Position numbers and translations under genes: made by a program. A DNA stretch of 64,000 nucleotides from a virus (Duplodnaviria; Caudoviricetes), in IMG/VR virus record IMGVR_UViG_3300035562_000079, positions 19,743-83,742 of that record; one strand, given 5' to 3'. A model generated the notes under the pieces. That model saw only the letters and a list, made by a program, of their open reading frames with translations. It was not told the origin of the DNA and searched no databases. Below are positions 1-10,425 of the stretch, piece after piece (the first letter of the stretch is position 1; every line of letters begins with the position of its first letter).

Positions 1-226
1 ACTTGTTCTTCAGATCACTCAAAGAATATGTCGACGGTATGTTCGCAATATTCCAGCCCCCAGCGGGGTTAGCTGTAACTAGTGCTGACGTTCCAAAGTA
101 CCCTTTCACCATTGTGAACCGCGATCCGGCCCCGATCTCGGACTCCGCGCGCCGGTTGTAGAAATAGTCCAGCAGTGCAGCTCGAAACAGCTTCCCGCCG
201 GTCTGAACGGCCTTAATTTCTGCCAT
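1..226 (-). CDS. R: Tail fibre/baseplate protein gpR (3' end beyond window)
   Basis: Manual translation MAEIKAVQTGGKLFRAALLDYFYNRRAESEIGAGSRF..FGTS resembles P1 gpR (LLDYYYQRRAES..GSRF..FGTS); follows gene 16. Confidence 0.75.
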   Translation of the reverse strand, partial: MAEIKAVQTGGKLFRAALLDYFYNRRAESEIGAGSRFTMVKGYFGTSALVTANPAGGWNIANIPSTYSLSDLKNK

Positions 227-261
227 AGAAGAACGCCTGTGCAGTGGTTGATTAGCAGGCG

Positions 262-280
262 AGTTTAAGTAAAGTGAGTT
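262..280 (-). promoter_or_regulatory. Putative Lpa-dependent late promoter
   Basis: AACTCACTTT-N3-TAAACT upstream of R; same motif precedes other late genes. Confidence 0.6.
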
Positions 281-338
281 TTAGAATTGAAAATGCTGGC
301 CCAGCACACGTGAGCCAGTTTCGCAGGTCATAGAGCCA

Positions 339-1394
339 TTAAATGGTGTCTAAATAAATAATAGAATTTATCTTTCCCACTTCAGCCGCTGAGATCGGAA
401 GTATCGCGCGCTCTATACCTTCAGGGAACACAAACCCTAAAATCCCAGTAGCGAGTTCTACATTGCAGCCTCGGAAACCGAGCGTCTGAATTGTGGCAAT
501 ACCATCCGCTATAACAAGGCGTGAATCAGCACCTTGCGTAGGTCGTATCATAGGCGCAGGAACCACATCAAGCGGCCAGGCATCCAGTCGCATATCGTCC
601 ATATTGACGAGCACAGTCTCGAGTGACCGGGGAATATTGCTGAGCGTTTGGGTTACTTTCAGATTAGTTGAAACTGATTCGGCTGAGATAGCAGTTTGGT
701 GTGATTCGATATACCAAGTACCACTTTGGATCTTTGCGCTAGCGCCAGCTAGAGTGAAAATAATTTTTCGCTCCACCAGCTCAAAGCGCAAATGATATCC
801 CATGCCGTCAAACACAATGTGAAGCGGTATCAATGGCTCAATGACCATTTTGAACTGACGCAAGAACTCGTCTAGCACTTCGGACGGGTCAGTATCCGAA
901 TATACGTCGTAAACGTCGTTCAGCGCTACGCTGATGCGTCCGCGTGAGGTAAGGAAGAAATCACCATACTTCCCCTTTACCGTCTCCAGCTCGTCCCTGG
1001 TGACGAAATACGAGCCATATGGAAACTTAGCCTGGTCTACCGGGGCATAAAGCGGTGCCCAGGTGGCAGCAAGGTTTTTGAACTCACGCCATAGCGTTGC
1101 CTCGATCGGACGGTTTGTGCCCTTGAAGTGGATCTCATCCAGGCGCTGCGAAAGCAATACTGGCAGTGAGGCGCTATTCTTCCCATCGATATAAAAGAAT
1201 TTCCCCAACTCCCCCATACGTTTTCGCAAATCATCTTTATCCATTGAGTAAAGAGACTTTCTGTTGGCGGTGCGCTCTATTAATGGCATCACAATGCTAT
1301 TCAGCATAGACTGCACCACATCTGCAAAACCCGCCCACAAACCTGAGTTTTGCTTGGCAGACGTCATTTGCTCCTTGAACCAATTATCTTTCAT
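339..1394 (-). CDS. 16: Baseplate protein gp16
   Basis: LTSAKQ-like N-terminus, QRLDEIHFKGT, FLTSRG and PLHIVFDG motifs as in P1 gp16; synteny. Confidence 0.8.
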   Translation of the reverse strand: MKDNWFKEQMTSAKQNSGLWAGFADVVQSMLNSIVMPLIERTANRKSLYSMDKDDLRKRMGELGKFFYIDGKNSASLPVLLSQRLDEIHFKGTNRPIEATLWREFKNLAATWAPLYAPVDQAKFPYGSYFVTRDELETVKGKYGDFFLTSRGRISVALNDVYDVYSDTDPSEVLDEFLRQFKMVIEPLIPLHIVFDGMGYHLRFELVERKIIFTLAGASAKIQSGTWYIESHQTAISAESVSTNLKVTQTLSNIPRSLETVLVNMDDMRLDAWPLDVVPAPMIRPTQGADSRLVIADGIATIQTLGFRGCNVELATGILGFVFPEGIERAILPISAAEVGKINSIIYLDTI

Positions 1395-1402
1395 CGCCTG
1401 CC

Positions 1403-2815
1403 TCAGTATTTAAGGTCAAATATCGACTTGGTTACATCCAAGAAAATAAAATCGTTTAGCGCGGCGGCATCACTCATATTCTTGATATCAAGATTAAATT
1501 TTGAAAGCAGCCCTGTTGACTCAATTATTGCCCAAATTTCATTATGAGAAACTCGTGCGAACTCCCCTGATTCATCACGCTCGAAGTTGCTAGAGTCTTT
1601 TCCTGCTTTCGCCTCTAACGCCTCACGAATTTTTCTCTCAGCCTCTGAAATTATTTCGCTTTTCTTAACCGTACCGGAAACGGAAATTGTAAATGGTCTT
1701 TCATTAGTTTTAACGTAAACAAAATTCTTATTTAATTCGTTTGGAATCCCTTTGAAAGTGTCTAAAACCATCGTTTCCATTTGCGCCTGTGTCAACCCCT
1801 TCTTGTGGCCGCAAAAAAATACAGTGTTGATGTTCTTTAGAGATTTAACGCCAGTTGAACGCTCCTGTTCCTTCTCACCCCAAGCATTGATCCAGCTAAT
1901 ATTAGGGATCTGTGTGCGAAGATAAAATTTATAGTCCGCCCCCCACACTACCTGGCCGTCATAAGCGGTAAAATATTGCGCTCTGCTTCGCGTTTCCTCT
2001 GTCGTTTCATACCCGGCGCCGTTCGTGATTGGTGTCTCAGTCTTGATCTCTATCTGGCCTGATAATTCCGACGAATCTGCATACGGTGTCAATGTTTGGC
2101 CTTGTACCAGTGTAATGTCACCATCACTCAGCCAAACATCTAAAATCACCTGTTCACCGCTGGCCGGCATCTTGCCAATAGAACCATCACCAAAGCGAAC
2201 ACCAATCTGTTCCGTTGGCCGATAGAACTTCACGTAATGAAGGCTATTCTTATTTGAAAGTCGAAACTGAGGGTTTTCTTCCCATCGGCGGGCAACACCA
2301 TTATCAGTAACGGAAACATCAATATTCACGCATCTTTTTGTCATAGCCTTAGTTAGTGTGAAAGACAAAAACTCAGTTTCGTTTTCAACATCAAATATCA
2401 GCCTTTCCCGCTCAAGCTGTTTTGTTTGAACACCATGTTTTGTTTCGCCAGGCTTCAATATAACCGGCTCAACAAGCATGTAACGTTTTTGCTCATCGGA
2501 TATCAAGTCAGTATAGATAGCTAATGATTGTGGTTTCTGAGTTTTATTAATTACCGTGGAAGTCCCGTATGATGGGGTAATCTGTCGAGTCACATAGCCT
2601 CTATCCTCAGCAGCAGCAAGAATTGATGAACGTTTTGTTGCTGTACTAATAAAACCTTCAGTTAATGCCTTCTCGGCGGCAGTCTGACAGGCATACATGA
2701 TTTGACTAACCATAATCGCCAGCATTTTCATAAACTGGCTGTTTACAAATCGACTCCACCATACATTTTGCTGAATGAGAGCCGTGAACTTATCCAATAT
2801 ATCTTGCGAGGTCAT
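1403..2815 (-). CDS. bplA: Baseplate wedge protein BplA
   Basis: GFISTATKRSSILAAAEDRGY and VRFGDG motifs (T4 gp6-like wedge); synteny. Confidence 0.8.
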   Translation of the reverse strand: MTSQDILDKFTALIQQNVWWSRFVNSQFMKMLAIMVSQIMYACQTAAEKALTEGFISTATKRSSILAAAEDRGYVTRQITPSYGTSTVINKTQKPQSLAIYTDLISDEQKRYMLVEPVILKPGETKHGVQTKQLERERLIFDVENETEFLSFTLTKAMTKRCVNIDVSVTDNGVARRWEENPQFRLSNKNSLHYVKFYRPTEQIGVRFGDGSIGKMPASGEQVILDVWLSDGDITLVQGQTLTPYADSSELSGQIEIKTETPITNGAGYETTEETRSRAQYFTAYDGQVVWGADYKFYLRTQIPNISWINAWGEKEQERSTGVKSLKNINTVFFCGHKKGLTQAQMETMVLDTFKGIPNELNKNFVYVKTNERPFTISVSGTVKKSEIISEAERKIREALEAKAGKDSSNFERDESGEFARVSHNEIWAIIESTGLLSKFNLDIKNMSDAAALNDFIFLDVTKSIFDLKY

Positions 2816-2819
2816 TACG

Positions 2820-3167
2820 TTACTCCTTTTTCATTGCCCAGGTAAGTTCCTGGTTAGGTATCCCAATAGTCAGGACAAACACATCAATCTCAGCTGGTTC
2901 TATCCTGATCCCCTCCAACTTCAGATCAGCTATGTCGCTCATCATTTTGATGATGATCTCATTTTCAATGGCTACCAGCGTGTGCACGCTGTCCAGAGGC
3001 TCATGTTTAAAGCGTGCCAGGGGATTTCCGTACTCTGGAAGGCCATAAACACTGCCCTCCGGTGTGTGTAACCAGTCCTCTATACGCGCTTCCATTGCCT
3101 CTACATCACCCAATTTGATGGTCACGCCTTCCCCGGTAACGCGCAGGAGGCTATCTATCTCGTTCAT
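2820..3167 (-). CDS. pmgA: Baseplate/sheath initiator PmgA (gp25-like)
   Basis: WLHTPEGSVYGLPEYG motif; lies between sit and bplA. Confidence 0.75.
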   Translation of the reverse strand: MNEIDSLLRVTGEGVTIKLGDVEAMEARIEDWLHTPEGSVYGLPEYGNPLARFKHEPLDSVHTLVAIENEIIIKMMSDIADLKLEGIRIEPAEIDVFVLTIGIPNQELTWAMKKE

Positions 3168-3197
3168 TTGAATACCTATGCTGGGGGCAAGGTGGAT

Positions 3198-3216
3198 AAT
3201 CTAGGCGAAGTGAGTT
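3198..3216 (-). promoter_or_regulatory. Putative late promoter
   Basis: AACTCACTTC-N3-TAGATT upstream of pmgA. Confidence 0.6.
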
Positions 3217-3247
3217 AATGAGCGCGGCATCCCTTCCGCACTCATCG

Positions 3248-6200
3248 TTAGCCGAAGAGCTTTTCGAGGGCGCTATCTGATATTGCGGTTGGTACCTCAG
3301 CTCGCGGCGCAGGTTGCGGGCTGTGAGTAGTCATATTGATATTTGCCTCTTTAGGCTCAGGCTTCACATTGAGTTGTTTCTCAACACCTTTGGCAATACG
3401 TTCAAGCCAAGACAGAGTTTCATCGTCGTTGCTGCGGGATTCATTATCTCGTTGATAGACTGGCGCCACGCCGCTGGCCGCCAGGTTTGGGATCGGTGGT
3501 GGAGGTGACGTTTGAAATGCCGAGATTGCCTGTTGAGTAAGGCTGTTAGTTTTTCCTCCGATAGCGTTAGCAACTGTATCGCTCAGGAATGAAAACGGTG
3601 TATCTGCCATCAAGCCAGATATGACTGATGAAACACCTCCGCCAACGGTATCACCGGCCGTCACTGCGAATGAAGAAAGTGGGTTATCAATATCAACCCC
3701 AATCGACTGGAGGGCACTGCGTGCAGCATCTTCCATCACCCCTTTCCCCGACTCCATAGCTACGCTGCCGATACCTGAAGCCATATCTTTTGTCTCATCC
3801 CACCAGCTGGTATCCCCATTAGCTGCGTTACCCTGCTGTAACGGACTCGAGCCAGGTAGAACTTTGCGGGCTTTTTTAACTTCGCTGGCGGGCACAATCT
3901 GCATCGCCTGTTCTTGAGCGCCATTAACGGCTGGAGGCATAATTGTGCCAGATTCAGCACTTCGTGCGACTCCACTCCCTATCCTGCTGGTGGCCCTCTG
4001 CTGGAGTACGGCAATAGCATCCGGTGAATTTGATGCCTGTTGTAAGGCACCCGGTAACTTGTCGTTTAAAGGCACTGTTAGACCACGATCTGGCGCGGGT
4101 ACAGTCAGGCCTTCTACATCAAACATCCCAGTTAATGCAGCGTCGCTTTTGCCTCCAAGTTCGCCCAAATACGTCGTGGCAGTGTCATATGCTTCTGTGG
4201 CTGCCTCGCTGACGCGCGCGCCCAAAGATTGCTTTTCCGGTCGGGAGAATTGCGCGCTGCTTGAAATCGCTTCAAGGCCGTCCGCTTGGCGCTGCTGATT
4301 AATGATTGACAGAGTTTCTGGGTTAAATTGACCAACCCACTTTTTACCTGAACGTTCGCCAATTGCTGTTTTTATAAATTGATCAGAAACTTGCGGCGCC
4401 CCACCTTCGATAGTAGCTATCTGTCGCATTATTTTCGTCATGACGTCCGCATTGCGTAGATCAAGTCGATCGCTCTCCCTCACGCCCAAGGACTTCGACA
4501 GCTGAGCAATATAGCCCTCGGTATCATTCTCACCACTTGGGGCATATTTGGAGATAATCCCCCTAACGGTGTCTACTTTTTGATAACCAATTGCTTTTGA
4601 TGTTCCTTCGGCATAACTGCTGAGCTGATTCGCTAGTGCACGAAACCCCTCTTCAGGAGAGCCAAATTTAGCAAAACGACGCTCACCTTTTGCATTGGCT
4701 TGCTCTAACTCAGCGCCGGTTTGACCTACATACTCCAGGTTGCCAAAGTTGTTATTCCTAAACGCCCTGGTATGTGCGTTAGCGCCACCTATATTTAACT
4801 CTTTCGAGACGTTATTAAACGCCGGTGCTAATCCAGGAGTTGCAGATATGCCAGATGCGAGTGATAGGTCGGCCATGCCAGGCATTGCTGACTGAAGAGA
4901 ACTATCCAGGTCTTTAATTGCTTCTGTAGTTTGTTTCGCCCCTGCGCGTATTGCGTCGACCTGGCTATCGCTACCCGAGTCAAAAAACTCTTTTACACTG
5001 CTGACGCCATTGTCTAAGGACTGTGCTATGTCACTGGTATTAAATGTTAGGCCATCTGCCACGCCATCCATACCGAGCCAGCGAGCGCCGTCTGCCATAA
5101 AGCCGGCTCCGCCTGACACCAATCCCCCCATGTCGATTATATTGGCGGCGGCATATTCGCTTTTATGACGGCCGGATACATCCTGACCTTCAGCCAATTT
5201 AAACGCCCCTCTCTGTGCTTCACTATCACTGAAGCCATCGATCGCATCAATGCCGGCGCCTATAATCGTCCCTACAATTGGAATCGCCTTCAGAGCACCT
5301 TTAGCAGCCAGCTTGCCAGCGGCTTTTTCCGCCACCTTTTCGCCTACTGCTTTTTCTGCTGCATGTTCTGCCGTGGTGACAGAAGCTTTCTCTGCCACCT
5401 TTTTGCTCGCGCTCTTCCCAGTAGACGCTGTAATGGTTTCTGCGTTCGTTGCTGCTGGTTTAACTGAAACTCTATTGCGAGCCATTTTCCGGCCGCGCTT
5501 AGACTTGGAGCGAGATTTACGCGATTTTTGCTGTGCTTTTACGTCCTCTGGTTGTTTTGGTACCTCAACGCCCTTTTTGCCTGCTGGATTATCGATATTG
5601 GCGCCGACAGACTCAGTAACTTCGCTACTACTGCCAAATACCCCTTTAATAGCGCCATATGCACCAACAGCTACAGCACCTGCACCAGCGGCCACTTTAG
5701 TCAGCCTGCCTCCTTTCCCCTTTGGCGATCCGGAGGATGGATTATGCTTCCCATGCATACCACCGGTAGTGACCGGCCCACGCCCTGGGCGTGGCATGAT
5801 ATCGGTGATATCACCTGCACCGGCTAAACGTTTAAATAGTTTTACGAGTACCCCACCACCCAACGCTAACGATAGCCCTCCCAAAATTCGAGATCCCAAG
5901 GCCTTTCCGATAGCCTTCCCACCTAGGCCAGCTAAAATCCCGCCAAGAACACCGTGACCACCTTTGCTACCTTTTGAGTCTTTGTCTCTGATTTCCCCCA
6001 GAACGCGGATAATCTCTTCATCGGTTTTTGCTAACTGCTCCTGCTGCGATTCCATAACGGAGATCACTTTGCCGGTGGTGCTCGCACTGTAGGCTTGTTG
6101 CGATTTAGTCGGTGCACTAACGTCCGGGAATTTTATCGGCGCCTGGGTTGTGGCATTTGGAAGGTCTTTGCGTTTATCCCGCCATTCTTTGAGACTTACC

Positions 6201-7006
6201 ACCTTATCGTTAATGCCACCGATCAGATCAGCTGCTTCTTTACCGGCGCTAAACAGAACGCCACCAGCTGCCATCCCAGCAACCTCCGCCGCTTCCCCAT
6301 CACCATTCTTGCTAGAGAAAAAGGAAGCCAAACGTTTTAGCAGGTTTTTTTCATCCTTGTCGTTTTCATCCTCAACGTCAGAATCAACCGTGTCCTTTGA
6401 TATAAACCTTCCATTTTCTCCCCGTGAACCGATTTTTCGCTCACTTCTTTGTATTGCTTGTGTTTTTGATGAATCACCATCATCTAGCAAATGCAGTTTT
6501 CTAGCTGTATTGCCGATTGCAGAATAAATGTTTTCGCTTGCATTAATTGAGTTACCAGTCAATTCAGAAGGCCGGTAACCATCATTCGCATTCGATAACA
6601 TGTCAATTGATTGCAATTTACTGCCAATAACATGATTTTTATCAATCGCGGCATTTCTTGGCGGAAAACTACCGATAAAAGATGATTTTTGATTTTTATT
6701 ATCACCAATTTGAAATCTTTCGCCTGATACAGATAACTCCACGCGGCTGTTACCATTGCGAATGTCATGTAACTGATTGCGCCTATAAGTGGGATGGGAG
6801 TCATTGGCAGGCTCTTGACGCCGAGAGATCTGGGCAATGATAGAAGCATTAGACTTCTGTAACTTAACGTCGTTCGAGCGGCTTGTTGGTGAGCGGCTTA
6901 CAATTGCTCGGTGTATATCAGTAAGTACATCGAGTTCTTTCGCACTGGCGTTCTCAATCGCATCGATGATAGACAGTATTTCTGTTGGCTTAGTTTGTGC
7001 CGGCAT
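3248..7006 (-). CDS. sit: Tape measure / injection protein Sit with lysozyme-like domain
   Basis: 1252 aa, Gly/Ala-rich; RNNNFGNL..F.SPEEGFRA..IISKYAP..ENDT muralytic-type motif; synteny. Confidence 0.8.
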   Translation of the reverse strand: MPAQTKPTEILSIIDAIENASAKELDVLTDIHRAIVSRSPTSRSNDVKLQKSNASIIAQISRRQEPANDSHPTYRRNQLHDIRNGNSRVELSVSGERFQIGDNKNQKSSFIGSFPPRNAAIDKNHVIGSKLQSIDMLSNANDGYRPSELTGNSINASENIYSAIGNTARKLHLLDDGDSSKTQAIQRSERKIGSRGENGRFISKDTVDSDVEDENDKDEKNLLKRLASFFSSKNGDGEAAEVAGMAAGGVLFSAGKEAADLIGGINDKVVSLKEWRDKRKDLPNATTQAPIKFPDVSAPTKSQQAYSASTTGKVISVMESQQEQLAKTDEEIIRVLGEIRDKDSKGSKGGHGVLGGILAGLGGKAIGKALGSRILGGLSLALGGGVLVKLFKRLAGAGDITDIMPRPGRGPVTTGGMHGKHNPSSGSPKGKGGRLTKVAAGAGAVAVGAYGAIKGVFGSSSEVTESVGANIDNPAGKKGVEVPKQPEDVKAQQKSRKSRSKSKRGRKMARNRVSVKPAATNAETITASTGKSASKKVAEKASVTTAEHAAEKAVGEKVAEKAAGKLAAKGALKAIPIVGTIIGAGIDAIDGFSDSEAQRGAFKLAEGQDVSGRHKSEYAAANIIDMGGLVSGGAGFMADGARWLGMDGVADGLTFNTSDIAQSLDNGVSSVKEFFDSGSDSQVDAIRAGAKQTTEAIKDLDSSLQSAMPGMADLSLASGISATPGLAPAFNNVSKELNIGGANAHTRAFRNNNFGNLEYVGQTGAELEQANAKGERRFAKFGSPEEGFRALANQLSSYAEGTSKAIGYQKVDTVRGIISKYAPSGENDTEGYIAQLSKSLGVRESDRLDLRNADVMTKIMRQIATIEGGAPQVSDQFIKTAIGERSGKKWVGQFNPETLSIINQQRQADGLEAISSSAQFSRPEKQSLGARVSEAATEAYDTATTYLGELGGKSDAALTGMFDVEGLTVPAPDRGLTVPLNDKLPGALQQASNSPDAIAVLQQRATSRIGSGVARSAESGTIMPPAVNGAQEQAMQIVPASEVKKARKVLPGSSPLQQGNAANGDTSWWDETKDMASGIGSVAMESGKGVMEDAARSALQSIGVDIDNPLSSFAVTAGDTVGGGVSSVISGLMADTPFSFLSDTVANAIGGKTNSLTQQAISAFQTSPPPPIPNLAASGVAPVYQRDNESRSNDDETLSWLERIAKGVEKQLNVKPEPKEANINMTTHSPQPAPRAEVPTAISDSALEKLFG

Positions 7007-7158
7007 TATCGTTTACCTGACGAGTTTTTAATCATTTGAACCAGGTCATCAACCATCTTGAAAGCACGCCACTGAGGCAGTCGCTCTACATCACCGATCG
7101 ACTGATGGCCGTATAAGGCCAGGTCATGAATTAGGGTCACCCAGGAATTTAACGACAT
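7006..7158 (-). CDS. Small tail-assembly protein (50 aa, not in ORF track)
   Basis: MSLNSWVTLIHDLALYGHQSIGDVERLPQWRAFKMVDDLVQMIKNSSGKR; overlaps pmgB 3' end; TAATG coupling with sit. Confidence 0.6.
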   Translation of the reverse strand: MSLNSWVTLIHDLALYGHQSIGDVERLPQWRAFKMVDDLVQMIKNSSGKR

Positions 7159-7951
7159 GACCTGGAAGGTAGTCGACACACCGAAACTGAAAGAAAAGGC
7201 GTGTAGAAATCGCCTGTCCCTCCTTAGCCAACGGGCAGTTATGCGGCTTGATATATAGCTGGGCTTTTCCCTTGTGGATCGTAATTGGTAGCCCGTGGCG
7301 TAAGGTTTCTTGCATCTTCCTTACGCCGGCTGCCAGCGGCACAAACTCCGAATTGGCTTCCATGCTACGAATCAGCTCGTATCGCATTTCCGCTGCCTCT
7401 TGGAACTCCTGGGGCTGTTCGGCCAAATGAGCCTGCAAGGTGATCTCCACCAGCCGTAAATTCGCTAATTCCGTTTCATAATTAGGTGCACCTGGAGCCG
7501 GTAGGTTCGAATACATCATTTCTAAATGCTCCATACCCAGACCATCGATAGGTTTCAAATGCCATTGATGTGGCACACCTTTAACCGGAATGGTTACTTC
7601 GACATAAGGAGGGATTGTCAGTAGCTCTAAATCCTCAGCCAAATCGCACAGGTCAAAGTCATAGTGATGCAGCTCCCCACAATGGCCGCATTGATAACTT
7701 ACGGTCTGTTCTGCACCGTTTGGTTGCGAATGTGTATGAATCCACCACAACGCCGTGCGGCGGTCTTGAGCCGTCCATCGAGCACTATCCTGCACATCTC
7801 CGATCTGCATTGTATTTAGGTATCGCGTCGTAGCCTGTTCTTCTTGTTCCGGCGCCGTCCCGCAAAACTCCAGAGCATCATTAACCGCCGGCGCCCGAAA
7901 ATGGATTTCGTTCTTTGGATTTGAGGGTTGGTAGAGGGTAGGGATAAACAT
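7124..7951 (-). CDS. pmgB: Morphogenetic/baseplate assembly protein PmgB
   Basis: WTAQDR.TALWWI and CxHC motifs as in P1 PmgB. Confidence 0.8.
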   Translation of the reverse strand: MFIPTLYQPSNPKNEIHFRAPAVNDALEFCGTAPEQEEQATTRYLNTMQIGDVQDSARWTAQDRRTALWWIHTHSQPNGAEQTVSYQCGHCGELHHYDFDLCDLAEDLELLTIPPYVEVTIPVKGVPHQWHLKPIDGLGMEHLEMMYSNLPAPGAPNYETELANLRLVEITLQAHLAEQPQEFQEAAEMRYELIRSMEANSEFVPLAAGVRKMQETLRHGLPITIHKGKAQLYIKPHNCPLAKEGQAISTRLFFQFRCVDYLPGHVVKFLGDPNS

Positions 7952-7959
7952 ATTTCGCC

Positions 7960-8739
7960 TTAAAATTTGATTATGCTGGTGGCCTTGCTTAGTGCATCAC
8001 CGGCCATGCCGGTTGCCATCGATGACGCAAGCCCAGTTAAACTGGCATCAGCTGATGTGTGGCATACAAATGTCAGAGGGTATGAAAGGAATTCACCAAC
8101 CTGGTCATATGAACGCGTCGTGGCGCCACGCTCCGTTGGGATCACGGGATATTCAGCATCCAACGTTTTACTGCCGTTAAAACCAACGCGATAAATACGG
8201 ATGTTCATCACGTAGAAGGGAGAGAGGTTAATAGTGCCGTCACGGTTTATCACACGGCGCTTTCTGGCATCGAACCATTTAGCAATTCGCCCGGTCTGGT
8301 CATCGCGAACGGTGATTGTTACGGTACCGGGTGTTATATGAGTTGGTTTATTAAACTGGATACCGCCGATAATTTTGGCATCTGTTTCAATAGTCCCTTC
8401 GCTGTACGAAACATCGCGAACGAACATAAACAGGTCTTTCATACCGTCGGCTTCAACAACCCATTGCCACCCCTGTGCGTACTGGATTCGCATCGCCATT
8501 TCTAAAATGCTTTTGGCATAGGCAACTTCACCGGAGTGCCCGGCTTTCCCGTTAACCATCCCACCACCGGCAAAACCACTGGATGAACCGCCGCCCAGTG
8601 CATAATTCAATGCTTCTTTTACAACATCATTTGTCCCCTGGAGGAAGCGGTTTGTAGCAGAGTCCATCGCGTCATTAAACATGCCGTTTACAGCATTTTT
8701 TAGGCTGGATCTGCTGGATAATCCATCAAAAATACCCAT
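7960..8739 (-). CDS. tub: Tail tube-fold baseplate protein Tub
   Basis: Tube-like motifs (YAQGWQWVVE, VTITVRD); synteny. Confidence 0.7.
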   Translation of the reverse strand: MGIFDGLSSRSSLKNAVNGMFNDAMDSATNRFLQGTNDVVKEALNYALGGGSSSGFAGGGMVNGKAGHSGEVAYAKSILEMAMRIQYAQGWQWVVEADGMKDLFMFVRDVSYSEGTIETDAKIIGGIQFNKPTHITPGTVTITVRDDQTGRIAKWFDARKRRVINRDGTINLSPFYVMNIRIYRVGFNGSKTLDAEYPVIPTERGATTRSYDQVGEFLSYPLTFVCHTSADASLTGLASSMATGMAGDALSKATSIIKF

Positions 8740-8751
8740 GACACCCCCCGT

Positions 8752-9303
8752 TTAAAATAGTGTTGCGCCGGCAATGATTGCCCGGTTTGACGACATCTGA
8801 GCCTCCAGGTCTAACTTGCGCTGAGTCAGCGTGTTTTCGTCAGGAAGGGCGGATGTATCAAGTTTCCCTGCGATTGATACGCGCCGTTGACGCTCGGTAT
8901 TAGGAATTGCGATTAATACCTCCAGGTAGTCTTGAATAAGTCCGACAATCGTTGGGGGAACCGTCCATTCACTCAATGAGCGGTCGCGCAAGTTGACTAG
9001 GTAAGAAAGGGTTAGGGGGTATACTTCTCTACCAGTTAGCTCGAGATCTACCGACGAGCCATAATCGTCGCTATAAACCAATACTTCGCGCTTATCGACT
9101 ACATGCACCAGAGCCAGATAATCTTCAGGATAAGGCAGGGATATCCCTGCCTCTTTTTCTATCTTGATACGACGCACCAAGCCAGCCCGATCCTGATAAG
9201 CCGCCAAAGCCTGAATCAATAGGCTTTCAAGCACTTTTGACTCAACCACCAGCAGGGGCGTAAACCGAGATTTAACGCCCTCAAGCAGCCCGTTAGGTGT
9301 CAT
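8752..9303 (-). CDS. pmgC: Head-tail adaptor PmgC
   Basis: MTP..LLE.VK.RFTPL, YQDRAG and [12 protein letters not shown] as in P1; start moved to ATG 9303. Confidence 0.75.
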   Translation of the reverse strand: MTPNGLLEGVKSRFTPLLVVESKVLESLLIQALAAYQDRAGLVRRIKIEKEAGISLPYPEDYLALVHVVDKREVLVYSDDYGSSVDLELTGREVYPLTLSYLVNLRDRSLSEWTVPPTIVGLIQDYLEVLIAIPNTERQRRVSIAGKLDTSALPDENTLTQRKLDLEAQMSSNRAIIAGATLF

Positions 9304-9307
9304 CGAA

Positions 9308-9799
9308 TTACTCCACCCAGTTGTAGACGATGCGCAGGCTTGGGCGGACGGCAACAGTGACGTCTTCAGATGAGAGATCTACTGCTTCAGAGTAGACTTT
9401 GCAGTGAAGCAATGAGCGGGTCAGCCCTTTGTGATCACCCCCGTTCGACTCGGCCGCTGCACTAATGGTGATATCGACGTATTTTTTGCCGAACACCATA
9501 TCTTTCACAGCTGCCAGAACGTCGCCTGTAATGGTTTCGACGCACTGCACCTGTGTTTCCCCACTATTTCGTAGTGCACCGTGCTGGTTGAACTTCATGC
9601 CGCCAGGCGCCACGTCTTCCATGTCCTCACGGGTCATTTCTGGAAGCTGAGCTGTTCGGATCAAGATCGAGAGGTTTTCATACCCCTTAATCACCATCCA
9701 GTATTCCGAGCCAATCAGCTTTTCGCCGGCCGCTAGGTTCTGGTTGAAGCGCTTCTTCATGAAACCAACGTCAGCCTTGGTGTTACCAAATCCACTCAT
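9308..9799 (-). CDS. bplB: Tail tube protein BplB
   Basis: Size, synteny before pmgG, tube-like sequence. Confidence 0.75.
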   Translation of the reverse strand: MSGFGNTKADVGFMKKRFNQNLAAGEKLIGSEYWMVIKGYENLSILIRTAQLPEMTREDMEDVAPGGMKFNQHGALRNSGETQVQCVETITGDVLAAVKDMVFGKKYVDITISAAAESNGGDHKGLTRSLLHCKVYSEAVDLSSEDVTVAVRPSLRIVYNWVE

Positions 9800-9806
9800 A
9801 ACTACC

Positions 9807-10382
9807 TCAAATGTACATAAGTGGTATTTCCGACTCGTTGTAAGCCGTCATACCTGAGATGTGTAGGGTCACTGTGTTGTGGGCATACATACCCGTTATC
9901 GTGCGCGGTGCGTCCAACTCGTATTGAACAGACTGAATCACGGCATGCATAATTTTTTGACGGCGCCCAATATCCAGGACAACAGGCTTCGGCCGGCGGC
10001 CACCAGGCAGGAAGTTTTTTAAGTCAGGCGAAGCCATTTGCTGCAACATCATAATTGCGGAGTTGACCTCGATCTGGGCATCCACTTTCGCCATGAAATG
10101 CAGCGACAAATTAAACTCAGGTGGCTTTTGACCTTCCCACACCAACATGCTGTTAATTTTCGCTTTTGACGTCGTGGTCGATGCCGCTTGAGTCGCATTT
10201 GAGAGGGTACTCACACCGGCCATAGAGCCAACGGAGTTGTTTTCAAAAGGCGACGACCAAAGGCTTTCGAGCATCGCAACGCTGCCTTCCCCGATGTACC
10301 CAACGACCATGTTGGTACCTGATGTGATGTACGCCTTCAGGAAAGGACTCACGCCATCAGGCATTATTGCGCCACAAATCAC
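9807..10382 (-). CDS. pmgG: Tube initiator PmgG
   Basis: W.SPF, VWEGQ.PP.F and PGGR.P..V.LDIGR motifs; synteny. Confidence 0.75.
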   Translation of the reverse strand: MICGAIMPDGVSPFLKAYITSGTNMVVGYIGEGSVAMLESLWSSPFENNSVGSMAGVSTLSNATQAASTTTSKAKINSMLVWEGQKPPEFNLSLHFMAKVDAQIEVNSAIMMLQQMASPDLKNFLPGGRRPKPVVLDIGRRQKIMHAVIQSVQYELDAPRTITGMYAHNTVTLHISGMTAYNESEIPLMYI

Positions 10383-10425
10383 AGAACCCCCTTAAAGGCC
10401 CACCCGACAGGATGGGCGTATTGAT

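Noticed and set aside
5250-5957. 235-aa plus-strand ORF
   Set aside because: Antisense shadow of sit; the same applies to 26361-27086, 39785-40345, 52092-52676, 14930-15439 and similar ORFs
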